From Camelus dromedarius (lineage: Eukaryota): a DNA stretch of 64,000 nucleotides. The translations under genes and the position numbers were made by a program. Under the pieces are notes generated by a model. The model made no database searches. It had not been told where the DNA came from and saw only the letters and a program-made list of their open reading frames with translations. Where the stretch lies: the NCBI RefSeq assembly GCF_036321535.1, contig NC_087436.1:47184001-47248000 (forward strand). Reading direction: 5' to 3'. Positions 11,861 through 24,524 of this stretch are shown here, piece by piece; the first letter of the stretch is position 1; each line of letters starts with the position of its first letter.

Positions 11861-14800
11861 CGCTGGGAGGGCTAGTTCCAGCAGGTCTACAATTAGCTCG
11901 AGCTGTTCTACTGAAGTTCCTGTATCACAATGACCCCTGGTGAAGGCATGAAATCTACTGATTCATAGCACTACCTTCCAACCATTAAGTCCAGAAGTTT
12001 CGGGGAGGGTTTATACCAGCTTATCAGCATTGTTTACTGATAAGAATGATACTGATGATTCACACTTAGTATGACTTTTAAAAATTACATTATTAAGTGC
12101 TCTTACTCAGAAAAAAATTTCATGAGTCTTAGATGCAAGGAAACCAATCACGCTAATTCTTCTCAAGTTATGCAATGAATTATTCCCAACTTCCTGAGGA
12201 GATGGTAGTGGAAGCGTGGATCACAAAAAGAAAGAGGCCTGTTTTCCTCCTCTTACAAGATTTTGTTTTTTTCAATAAACAAGGGGACTCTTCCTGGCAC
12301 TTTAACTCAGGTGCCAGTAATGTGAATCAATCCATTGAGAACTCTTGTTTTATATGACAGTGACCTACACACTGTAAGACCTTGAGAACAAGCAGTCTGC
12401 AATGGAAAAAATTTATTTGAAGGCTATGCCCTCAGCTCCATGACTTCCCCAGCCTGGGTGGAAAGCAGGCTTGGCAAGAGAGAAATATTTTTAGACAAGG
12501 GTGCTTCAGAGCTGTAAAAATAGGCCAAGTAAGTAGCACATTTATCAAAGCCACCGAGTACTCCAGCCACAGGGCCAAGGAAACATGCCAAGCCAAGGCA
12601 TGCTGGATTTGTGTATTTTTGCAAGCGTATCACCAGATCTGAAGCATAACTTGAGTGGTGAATTTGTGAGAATTATATCAACTAGTCCAGTGAGGTGTCT
12701 CATATGCCCCTACACTACAGAAGGGCTGCATTTCATCGCTACTACATTCTCTCTAAAAAAAATGCAAGTTGTATGAACCCTCTGCCACACTCGAATTCTG
12801 ACTTATTCCCAATCCCCAGAGTAGGCGCTCCCCCTAGAGTAAGTACACTGAGTCAGTGGTCTCCACAAGGCTGCTATGCCTTGGCATCGCGGCCTGCCTT
12901 TGGGTTCTCATTATTTGGTGCAGGGAGGGAAAAAGTTATAAATCACTTGCATATCTCAGAGCTGGCAAGCCTGCGTTTATGTTTATCTCTGGTTGTGCAA
13001 TGCCTTAACTCTGCCGTCAACACAAGTTGTCTTAACTTCACCAATCAGAAAAAGGGCAATCTGTTGAGACTTCTGAGCACCACCGCCACCACCAAACTAA
13101 CTGGTTTGTTCTTAAAACAGTTAAGTTCATTGGCTGGCCTCTTTTCTTTACTTGGACGTTTATATTTTTTGAAAAATGTCTAAAAAGCCAAGGAAATGTG
13201 CCTCCATTTTTAAGTGACTCTGTTAAATACATAATTAACAAAAAAAAAAAAAACCTCAATAAGCATCTGGGTTTGGTAACGAAGAGAAAATAACTTCTCC
13301 CCCTGGACTCCCCACTTCCATGTCCCACAAATTCTTGAAAAGCGATGGGCTAACTGGACATGTCAGTGGCATGAACCAGCTCTTAGTAATATTCAAAAAT
13401 CTCTGAAAGATGTTGCCAGGATGGACACTTTCTGAGTAGAGGGAAGAGATGCAAATTCAAACTGCTCTTTAGGGAGATTAGTATGGCTGTGTTCATTAGA
13501 ATGAGTGGGTTTTTTCTATTAGATTTTGCTGAAATAAACCAATTAAGAGGCTTCCACACCAATTCAGGTATCAATGCCTTGTCTAGAAATTACAAAGGGA
13601 CGAGCAGGGCAAACAGCCCTCTTCAGAGAGGAAAGCCTCAGAACCTTTTGCAGTAGGAGGACACTGTGACAGCGCCCCATCTTCAGAGTCCATGAAGTGG
13701 CTGGAAGAACAATGGCATTCACAGAGGAGGACACTCTCTGGGAAAGCTAGAGGGAGCACATAGGTCTTGCCAGGTGAGTTTGAGTCTATTATGGGCAGAA
13801 AGACGGTAGCAGAGGGTGGAGATGACCAGCAGGTGACTCTAACTTTGAATCTAGAGCTGAGGAGAGGTCAAGCTGATAGCTGTTGATTCCAGATTCCCGC
13901 AAAAGATCCCCTTGCCCATGGAAGCCACATTTCTCCCCAAAGACAGCAGAGGCCAGATGTGCAGCCAGAACTGTGCTTCTTTCAGTCTCTGGGATCTCCA
14001 GCCAGCAGAACAGTAATCGAGAGATCCAAATTCCAGCCCAGCTCTGCCTCTGATCCTTGACCCCAGGTGCCATCTCTGCAGGGATGATTATTATAATGAT
14101 CATATGCAGTGACAGAGACATTAAAGCACTTTGAACAGAATAAACTGCCACATCTGTAGTGTTTTCTAAGTGCCAGGCTCTGTTGTAAATGCTTTATGAG
14201 TATGAGCTCACTCTAATACCCAAATACGAGTAAACAGAGCACTAAGATTATCTCTCTCAACAACGCACACAATTACTCTTAAAATCTTCAGAATTGTTTG
14301 AACTCTCCATAGCTCCCTGTCTTATCTTCAAAGACAGTTAAGAGAATCTAAAATAAGAGAAGTTATGACTGGATTAGAGCTGACGGGTCTACATAAAAGC
14401 AGCTAACATTTGTTGAACAGTTACCACTGAACACGGTTCTAGTATGGTTCTACGCACTTAGCTCATTTATCTCCGAGAACACTGAGAAGAGAATCATTAC
14501 TCCCTGATAAGAGAAGAAGCAGAGAGGTTAAGTGACTCGCCCAAGGTTCCCATAACCAGGATAGGAAGGGCTGGGCTCCAAACTCCAGCAGGCACCTCAC
14601 AGCCTGCTCACTTTTCAAGCGCTAGACCACCACTCACTGGAAATTATAGCATTGTTAGCATAACCCTGGGGAGACACAGAACAGAGAGCAGCAGCGTTGT
14701 CTTCCTGTGGTCCCAGGAGAGCTAGGCAGTGCGGTATGTGCCTAAAGCAGGTATGGGGAGGAGGAGGAGGAAAGGAAATCAGAAACTCAAGAAAGGGGCA

Positions 14801-17800
14801 GGTAACAGTGAAATGGATATAGGACTTGACAGAGGAAACCCAAAACCTGACGGAGGTACCATTTCTGCTCTACAATATCCAAATATTCCATGGCATTCTT
14901 TTTTTGCCTGTAAGCCTTACCTCCTCTACAGTATCTCCAGCCACACCCCAAGCCCAAGGACTAATATGCTTGACAGAGGCTGACTTTATTGTCCCAATAC
15001 ATCAGAGAAGAGCCCAATAGGACAGGAAATGAGCAAAGGACTTCCTGACAAACACACATCCCATACCCTTGAGGACAAAGTTAACACCTGGGAATGAAAC
15101 TATCCCCTCCATAAAGAACAGTCAAAAGGAGCGCTTAGAGCTAGGTGACTGTGCCAGGCTCCTGTGATCCTGGAGCTTCTCCAAGGCCACTGCACTGCTT
15201 TCAAACAAACTTCAACAGAGACATACTGGCTGTACCAACAGAAAAGAACAAAACTAAACAATACAAAGTAACTCTGATCACTCTTCTAAGCAGCTTCAGA
15301 AAAGTCAGACTTAGGGACAGGAACAAGAGATGGGTCAACAAAGTCAGTGACTCCAGAGAAGCTTTCCGGTCTACTTAAGTCCTTATCAAGCACTGCAGGG
15401 TAACACTCAGGGAAATGCTCATTTGTAGCTTAGAATGTGCACCACCCCCAGCCCACTCCCTGCCTTGTTTTAACAGCCTAAGGTGCTCTTCTCAGGAAAA
15501 AAGTACACATGTTGCTCTTTAAGGGGGACCAAAAAAAAAAAAAACTTTGGGTGAGAAGAACCCAACTCCAATCCCCTACAAAATACAAACTCTCTCACGT
15601 CCTCGGAGAAGTGCAGTGCACTAAAAGGAAGGTTCTGTCAGAGGCCTGACATGCCATTCCCAGGGATCCCACTGGCTCCTCCCCAGCTATGAGCTCTGGG
15701 CTCCTCATATGAAAAAAGGCAGTGCACAAAGCAAAGACTAGACTCACAAGTTGAAGAAATGCACAGCTAATACCTCTCTTCTCCTTTTTTTTTTTTTTTT
15801 CTCCTTTACAAAGCAAAAAAACAACCTGTCCCCCATTCAAGGGTCATTTACTGCTGGAAGCTTCTTTGCTGGCCTAAGTATCTGGCTGAAGATACATTAG
15901 CAATCAGACCCAAGTCAGAAGTATCTAACGGGCAAACACACAAAACAAGTTAACCTTACTTAAATATTAACCTGCAGTCTAAGGGATTTTTTTTTTAATT
16001 TAAAACAAACAAAAGAAATGACAGGCAAAGCAGATACTCTTGGAGAATACAAATGTACAAATGGCCTGTGATCTGATGAACTACGTATAATTGAACACAG
16101 ACCTCACTTGTCTTAAATTGCCTAATTGCTTGAGAAATGTGTCAGGCTCCCACAAAATCTACTTAAAATTTTTTTCATCTTACTCAGCATGAACTGGAAC
16201 ATATAGCAAAAATGATAAATTTTAAAAATATTAAAATTGTAAAGAGAACTACACCTTGACTAACACTAAAACTGCTTCAGAAAGAGTTCAAGAAAGTGAA
16301 GCTAAATATGAATTAGTATCATAACTTAGATGCTAGTTTGTGCTTGTGTTTTTAAGGCTTTACTGAGGATCAGTCGTATGAAGGGAGGAGGGTAAAAAGT
16401 GTCTTTCCTCTTCAGAGGTCCCTGAACAAACTGCAGTGTCAACTGGCACCTGCTTTCAAGATTAAGGAAGATTGAACAGAATCACAACCACTATTCTCCA
16501 TCTAAACATTTCAGGCCTACCACCGCAGCAAGGATCAGAGATGCGCGTGGTACAAGGGGAGAATGACAAAAGGACAAGGCTAACTTTGATGGAGGTAATA
16601 ACCCGGAGACAGCTAACATTCTTGAGCTCCGACTAGATGCCAGACAATGTGCTAAGTGCTTGAAGTGTGCTAATTCATTCAATCCTCTCACACGCCTAAG
16701 AGTCTAGTACTAGTCCTACCTCAGAGGTTAGTGAAGGCCAGAAGTAGCTTCCCTTGTTAACAAAACCAACGTGAGACAGAGCCAGCAATACGGGCCATCC
16801 CAATTCCCCAGAATGAACTGGATCCAATCTACAACACATCAACTATTTAGTCTGCAGCACTCAATAAGCCAAGCACGTTGACCCTGTGCCAAAAGCTACA
16901 ATCAAGAAGCATAAAGAATGAAGCAATACTGCCTAGAACTGCATGCTGCAGGGCAGAGTGCAAAAACTGCAGCTAAACCCCTGAAACCAATTGGCTGACA
17001 GTGGCACACAAAGATGCTCTGAAGGAAAGCATGGTTCCCCTCCACAGGATCAGAGTTGTCAGTTACAGGGGTTGAGGCTCTTTTAAACCTTATTAAGTAA
17101 GGACGGAATTACCATTCCCTATCACTGTCCACTATTTAAACTTCTGGTCTTTATCAACTTATTAAATGATAGTTCTATTATAATTCCAAGCTGTGGGGTA
17201 AATAGCTCTCTTTCAATCCTTAGGTTTCAAAAGGCACTCCCTGGTCCAGCTACTCAGGGAGTTGATCTACAAGTCTGTGTTCCCATCAATGTCAATCTCC
17301 TCCCTACTTTCTCAGATGAAAGCTCCAATACCAAGTCCATAATTCTAGGTGCTAACTCTGTGCCTTTTCATATAGCACAACACCCTTTTTTGGTCAATAA
17401 TGGGTACAGTATTCCGAGAACTAAGCAAGCTGAATTTGTACAAAAGGTGAAGTGACACCTTCTACTCAGTTTCTAATCCTCTTCCACTGATGTCTTTAAG
17501 GCACCATCAACAATAGTTTCTGAACCCATTTCCTATATTGTTACTGGGGGCTTAATATCTTGTCACTAAGATGATGTTGAGATGTTTTTAAACAAATACA
17601 CTATTTTATACCTGCCCACAACAAACTCACTCTCACAGCACAGATTTGGGTGGAGCAGGGAGATAAAAATACAATCAAGCTAAACCTTCTTTTGAGTATT
17701 GTGCGTGGAACATTCATGTTAAAGGGACTTACGCCTCCCATCTCACGAATAATAAAGATTACGGGGACACCATAAACTAGCAGCCAGCACATGTACACAA

Positions 17801-18171
17801 TAAACAGAACAGTATGTGTCAAACATGATCTGAGAAGAAATGGGAGACTGTCAGAAGGATACAACAGTAATGAAACAGATTTTAGGAGAAAATGCAATCA
17901 AACTAATACGTTGCAAAGAACTTGCAGGGTGGGGAAAATTAAGATACATAGTAACAGAAAAACATTTTTCTAAAAAGCAAGCATAGAAGCATGGAGTTGA
18001 CTGGAAAAAGATACTAAAAAATTAAACTCTTTCATGACTGTAGCCACTGAACTTGAGTACTCTCCTAAGAAAAATTAAATAAATGCCTCCCCTGTCCAAC
18101 AAGTAAATGCTAGTATAATCAGCTAGGCTATGCCAATCACGGTTCCCCAATACGAGCTGGAATGTAACCTC

Positions 18172-18176
18172 AAAAA

Positions 18177-18247
<71 letters not shown>

Positions 18248-18250
18248 AAA
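18172..18250. repeat. (AAAT)n tetranucleotide microsatellite in HADH intron 1
   Basis: Uninterrupted TAAA run of about 75 bp, visible directly. Confidence 0.97.
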
Positions 18251-18719
18251 TACAACTATCACAGTAGCTTGATAATAACTGCACAGCTGACCCTGAATCA
18301 CTGCTCTACTGGAACCAGGCAGAGCCTTTAAGATGCACCATGAGATCAGCGACTCCTTCCAAGTCCTCAGCCCTTTACCTCTTCCTCCCACTCTCCCCAG
18401 AGCCAAAGGGCACTAGGTCAAAGACGCCTCGTGTTGCAGCTGTTGGAGTCTCAGCGCCTCACGAGCTCCGATTAGATAACTCTACAAAAAGCTACAAAAG
18501 TGCCGACCATCAATACTATCCTTTGTAACCCTGCAAGTAAAGGAAACATTCGGAGAAGGGAGAGACCACTTAGGACAGTAGAAAACTGCTGAGAACAACT
18601 GCAGAACTATAAAAAACAACAACTGATAAAGTTAAAACCAATCGCAGAAAACTGAAGCTCGGCCCAAGAACACCAGATCTTTGGGGGTGTGTAGACTCAC
18701 AGGCCCAAAAATTTCAACT

Positions 18720-19330
18720 ACACGGGGGAGGGACGGAGTGGAAATTCCCCTGGCCTCCCCTGGACGCTGGCCTCCCGGCGGGACAACCCTCGCCGGGTCG
18801 TGGCCCTCCAGCGCTCTCATGTCAGGGTGGGCAGCAAAGCGAGCGAGGCGCGCTGCCCGCCCGGCGGCCCACCTGGGCGATGCCGGCGCCCATCAGCCCG
18901 CCGCCGATGACCGTCACGTGCTTGATGATTATTTTCTTCGCCGAGGCCGCGGCGGTGGACGAGGAAGACAGGGAGCGCACGAACTGCCTGGTTACGAAAG
19001 CCATGGTGCACGGGGCGAAGGCGACAAGAGGGACTAAACCTGGCGGAGAAGGCAACAGCGCGCAAGAGCTGTAAACCGAGCTCTGGGGGCGGAGGCCCTG
19101 GCTGCCCTACCGCCCCGCGCGGTCGCGGCGTCGCCGTGACGTCCTAAACGGCGGGGCGGAGACTTGCGGCCCGCCTTCCCCATTGGCGGAGGCCGCAGGG
19201 ACGACGTTCGAACGTCGGAGCGCGGCGTCCAGGCCCTCGTGGGCTGGCGCAGGCCCGGTCTCCGCGGCGGCGGCGGGGCGGGGTGGCGGCGGGGCGGGGT
19301 GGCGGCGGGGCGGGGCGTTTAGCGCTTGGG
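18720..19330 (-). promoter_or_regulatory. HADH: HADH CpG-island promoter
   Basis: GC- and CpG-rich block around exon 1. It contains several GGGGCGG GC boxes, a CRE-like GTGACGTC at about 19136-19143 and a minus-strand CCAAT at 19182-19186. Confidence 0.88.
18873..19004 (-). CDS. HADH: HADH exon 1 (mitochondrial short-chain 3-hydroxyacyl-CoA dehydrogenase), coding part. Remaining exons were not found and presumably lie left of the window.
   Basis: 132 nt encoding [44 protein letters not shown], which is a mitochondrial presequence plus the Rossmann GxGxxG motif. Kozak context is ACCATGG and the donor is CAG|GTGGGC at 18872. Confidence 0.97.
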
Positions 19331-20107
19331 TCTCATTTCAACTTTACACTGCTATCAATACAGTGGAACCTGTGGATAGTTTAAGGCCAAACAGCTGTCT
19401 TTGTGGAATGGAAAACCTGGGAAAGGAACGTTTTTCAAAGTAATGGAAGAGGACACCAACTAGGCCAATCTCCTCCCTCTTGTGAATAATTTCTAGCTAC
19501 TGTAACTTAGTAATACGTAATTGTATTAATTTATTTACTTTCTTTCTTAGAAAATAATAAAAATAAGGACACAAATCAGCGTCCAAATTCCGTTCCCTCC
19601 TATTGGAAGTAACTTTCATAGTGAATCCTGTGTTCACCATTCCTTTGCTTTGATCTAATTTTTTTTATCTAGTTCTGTAAAAGTATGGGAGACGCACTGT
19701 TGAGCACTCTGTTAGGCTTGTGACATTACTAAGGAGATCATTACTGGTGGAGAAGGCAGTGTCACATCCAAATAAAGTCCATTAAGAGCTCGAATTTGGC
19801 AAATGCAAAAACCTGTTGGACTAGAATTGGAAAAGGAAGGTTACACAGAGAAACTTAGTAACTTGATGAAATGAGTCCATTTGTGAAGACAAGAGAATTC
19901 TAGGCAGAGGAAGCAGCACATGCGAAGGTAGAAACATAAGAAAATGTTGCCACAAAAAGAAGGTGAGGAATTAGGTGTGGTTAGAGGTGAACCTATGATG
20001 GTAGATTAGGAGGTTGCCTAGATGATTCTTTGGTAGATTGTAATTTTTCATTCTGATTTACAGGTTGTGTCTAATGCAAGGCCAAACACACTCTAATTAT
20101 AGTGTTG

Positions 20108-20111
<4 letters not shown>

Positions 20112-20172
<61 letters not shown>

Positions 20173-20191
20173 TATAAATAAATATATATAT
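20112..20191. repeat. (TA)n microsatellite
   Basis: Long TA dinucleotide run with a degenerate 3' part. Confidence 0.97.
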
Positions 20192-21629
20192 TTTAACTGT
20201 GTGTAATGTAAAATATAATGCCTGAATATTTGGCACCTTTTCAGATCTCTGATTTGTCTTCTTCAGAAAAGAAAGAATAATGACCGCAGTATTTTTTTAG
20301 CAATTCTCAAGTCTGAGGCCATCTGTATTATGTAAAGGTGCGGTGTAAAGAAGCACTGGAGTGAGAATTAGGAGTCCTGGCTTGGTCACTGGTGTGCATT
20401 ATGACTGTCTGCAGACATCCTCGCTGGGCTCCAGGGTCCTCGTCTATCAACAGAAAGGGCTGGACAGATAACTTTCCAGCTGATTGATCCTGAGAGTCTC
20501 TCATTTACACTCTTCTGAACCAGGAGGGCCACACTGCCCTCTATTCCTGCCCAGTCCTGGTCAGATGACAGTTACAGTAGAATCATTCTTTTGCCAGAAC
20601 TGCAAGTCTTTTCTCAGGTGTGACCTTGAGCTTTCAGGCACCCGTAACAATGTCTGTGGTCCCAGACTTGCACCTTCACCCTGTTCTTTGGGAGGGGCTT
20701 TGCCTCTATCTGCAGAAAGGGTGGAGTACTAGGAAACAAGATCTCGCTCACTGACCAACTCAAAAACAGCAAAGGAAAGGGCTGGCACAGAGAACAGAGT
20801 AAGTAATGACTCCTCTTATTTTTGTCTCATAAATGGGTAGCTGTACTACTTTAAAAAAATCGATATTAAAAAAGCAGTATTTGAAAATATACATGGTAGT
20901 GGGCTCTGAGAGCAGCAGAAGCAGGAAGTACAGTAAGTCCTCTGCCTCCATCAAAGCCTTCCTAGCCGACCCGCTTTGTGAAACAGGCAGGCAGAGAGAC
21001 CTAAGCTGACATTCAGTCCTCACACTGTCGTGTGACAGACACGTTGACCAAAGGACAGGGTGTGTTAACTGGAGCGTTAATGGGGCCAGGGTTCATTGCG
21101 TAAGTTGGAATTTTCCTTCTATTTGTGGGAAATTAATGATTTCTGGCTCATTGGGGAAAAGGATGAAAAATTAATGCTGCCTCTCCTGTTCTGTTGAGCA
21201 ATTTTGAGATTTCATATGTCAGAAAAACAGAGCTGTGGCTGCTCAGTGTGTTACAACAACAAAGCCCAGAAAGTTCAACCAAAAGCTTACCTACTGCAAA
21301 GTTAGTGAGAGTTGACATTGCCATGCTTGCCAGCAGTGTTTTCAAGGAAATAATAACTGATCTGCACAAACAAGACGTACATAGTTTGAGAAAGGCACAG
21401 TCATGTAGCTGTATATCCTACTGAATGATAGTCTCAAAATGACTTATAAAACAAGGCCAAATTTCTAATAGCACAACAATTTTACAAATAATTTTATCCT
21501 CTTAAGCTTTTAGAAAAAAATGTTATGATGGCCGACTTTAAATATGCATCTTGGCTTTTATCATGCTAGCAGTCATCCCAACACTAGCTGCTCTCTGCCT
21601 CCATTTTCTCCTCTACTTGGAAAATTCAC

Positions 21630-21975
21630 TAAATCCTCACTGTAACCCTACTGGTAGGCACTAAGGGTACTCGTCTTTTATAGGTAAGGAAACTGAGGCC
21701 CAGAGAAGTTCAGGAATTTAGCCAAGATCACACAGCTAATGACTGGTACAGGCAGAATTCAAACCAAGGATATTCTATTTTCAGGGCACATGTTCTTGAC
21801 TGTCATGTTGCTTTGCCTCTCTTCATAGCAACCCTATGGCTACCACTGCTATCCTCCTCTAAAGGTGAAGAAACTGAGGTTCTGAGCAGTTAAATCATTT
21901 TTTAAGTTTAACTCACCTAATAACTGGCCAGACTCGGATTTGATTCCATTCTGACTTGAAGGCTCCCACTCCTTT
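21630..21975 (-). mobile_element. Two adjacent MIR fragments
   Basis: The motif 'gaaactgaggcccagagaagtt...ccaagatcacacagctaat' and a second 'gaaactgaggttctgagcagttaa'. Confidence 0.6.
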
Positions 21976-23214
21976 CATAATTTCATACTCTTTAGAAAGA
22001 ACTGCTGTTGCCAGAGGGGAAAGAAAAACTGGAGAGTGGTCTGTGGTAAACACGTATGCCTAGATTTGGAGCTTTAACTATCATACTAATGTTATCATTA
22101 AAGCTAAGCAGATTAATTTATTTAGATCTTCCTACTAACAAACCCCAGAACTGTAAGTTTTACACAGTGATTCCCAGTATTTACACCTGAAGACTCTCTT
22201 AGAGCTGTGTGTTTTGTACCACCTTGGTTTCTAGCATGCAGACTCACGTTTTTCAAACACAAACATTCATTTATAATTGTCTACTGATCACCTCTACTTG
22301 GAAACCCCTCAGCTACTTCAAATGTAACTTATCAGAATTTGAACCTATTATTTCCCACCTCCCAAATACCTTTCACCTCCTCTTGCATTCTCTGTCTCTG
22401 TTCATGATGGCCCCCAACCAAGGGCATTTTCCTTCCCCTTCACCACCACATCCCCCACCCAGCTGATCAAATAGCATTGATTCCACCTTGGAAACACACA
22501 AGCTTCCTGCCTCCTTTCCCTCACTTATCTCTGTCCCTGATTATTGGCATTTTAGCCCAGCCCTTGTCTCCTGTGTAGATACTGAGGCCATCCCCAACGA
22601 GCCTTGCCGTAGCTAATGTCTGTTCATTCCAGTTCATACTTCACATTCTTCTCAGACTGATCTCTCAAGTCATAAACTGGATCACTGCACTCCCCTCCTT
22701 TTAAAAACTTCATCCACAGGGTAAAGACCAAACCTGTAAATCCTGGCTGCAACACTCCAAACTCACCTACTTCCTTCTACTCCTTCTTAAGGATCTTAAT
22801 TTCTAGGCACAAAGAACCAAGCTGATTTCCTAACTTAGAAATTATCTTTCATAAAGACCCCAATATTAATAAATGAGTTGAAGGCTAAAATATATTTTGA
22901 CTAACTACAGTTCTGACATTTTCAGAGCCAGATATTTAAGGAAGGCTGACAGTGACTTCTTGTTTAATTTTAAAAAGTAAAATCATTGATTTTGGAAATA
23001 ACAAATTTTTCATTGCCATATGTGAGTAAGAAACATCACTCTAGATGCTGGAAAAGTCAGAGGAGACTAGAATGTAGTCTTTGCCTTTCAAGGGTTCATA
23101 ATATAGTAGGAGAAATAAACATGAAAATAAGTCATGACAGTAATGTTTTAGGTGCTTTCCAGGAGGGAATTCAAGGGACTGTGGGAGGTGGTTAGCTGGG
23201 GAAGGCAGGGAATT

Positions 23215-23465
23215 AGCATTTAGTGAATGCTCAATTTACCAGACTCTGTATAAGACCAGCATGTAGTATGTATTTTCTCATCCACTCCCATCAGTTTGAT
23301 GAAGTATGTCACTATTTTTATCCTCATTTTGCATGTGGGACAACTGAAGCTTAGAGAGGGAAATAACTTGTCTGAGGGGTGATAGGTGAGAACTACAGAG
23401 CCAAGTCTTGAGCCGCAGTCTACTTGAGTGCAAAGTTGTTGCTCATAACCTGTGTCCTAAACTAC
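23215..23465 (-). mobile_element. MIR SINE
   Basis: MIR core 'tatcctcattttgcatgtgggacaactgaagcttagagagggaaataacttgtctgagg'. Confidence 0.6.
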
Positions 23466-23739
23466 TTCATCATGAAAGATATATTACAGCAGAGTAGTGA
23501 GGATGATTCAAAAGTTTTCAAGCAGAAGTGTTATAAGGACATTCCAGACAGAGAGAAAAATGTATATATGGACTGTGAAGGAACTAAGAATAGAGAATAA
23601 AAGGTTTGGAAATATAACTAATGCAGGATAACAAAAGCACAGGGTCCTTTCAGGTGAATAAAGATGAGATTGGAAACACAGGCAGGGGCCAGATCAGAGT
23701 AGACCTTTTTATGAGAGTCATGATCACAATCACATTTAA

Positions 23740-24200
23740 ATTTTTTTCAACTTTTTATTTTGAAATAATTGTATTTATAGAAAAATTGCAAGAACAGTGC
23801 CAAGAAACCCATATACCCCTTATCCACGTTTACCTATTGTAACATTTTATCAATTTGCTTTATCATTCGTTTTATCTTTATCTATTGTCTATATCTACCT
23901 ATAACAGATAAAATAGATTATATATATGAATAATTTCTGAACCACTAGAGGGTAAACTACACACATCATGATCCTTTATGATACTTTGGTGCATATTTCC
24001 TAGGAATAGGGTGCGTCTGTTACATAACCATAGTAATCAACTTTAGTAAATTTAAGGTTGATACATTTCTATTCAGTTGATCAACCATATTCCAATTTAG
24101 TTAATTAATACAATAATGCCCTTTATAGTTTTTTTTCCTTCTAGTACTGAATCCAATCTAGGGGCAGGTATGGCATTCAGTTACCATCTGTCATTCTGTC
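23740..24200 (-). mobile_element. Old L1 (L1MC/ME-like) 3' end fragment
   Basis: Antisense L1 3' text 'tttttattttgaaataatt...tagaaaaattgcaag...cccatatacccctt'. Confidence 0.6.
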
Positions 24201-24524
24201 CCTCTTGAAAAATAACAGCTTTTTGAGGTTTTAGTTAATTTATTTTTATTTTTATGTTTAGGCACTGGCTTTCCATGAACATTATGTTTGTGTTCAAGGA
24301 AACCACATAAAGGATTTAAATATCCTTGGAAGACATCCTTCAAAAACTATAACTGACAACTCACTACAAACCTCTGCAGATCAGGTGGGAAGAGTTTGCT
24401 AAGCAACAAACTCAAACTGGAAAAAAATATGAGGAGGACAAATGCTGCCAAACAGAGTATGATGGGAGAACAGAGTTTCCACTGGTGGGATTTCCCGGTT
24501 TAGTGTCATCTTTTAGAATTAGAA

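Noticed and set aside
12017..12045. Resemblance to miR-21 (AGCTTATCAG) with a small hairpin
   Set aside because: Only about 10 nt match, and the stem is far too short for a pre-miRNA. Inverted GATA sites explain it better.
12695..13183. 162-aa plus-strand ORF in HADH intron 1
   Set aside because: It has a non-ATG start, no recognisable homology or domain, and a composition typical of random intronic ORFs.
1..18872. HADH exon 2 or further coding exons
   Set aside because: I found no segment encoding the expected continuation (VAAATGHTVVLVD-like) by eye. It probably lies left of the window.
18632..19443. Overlapping ORFs near HADH exon 1, including a TTG-initiated N-terminal extension from 19055
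   Set aside because: These are CpG-island artefacts. The ATG at 19004 has a strong Kozak context and gives the known mitochondrial presequence.
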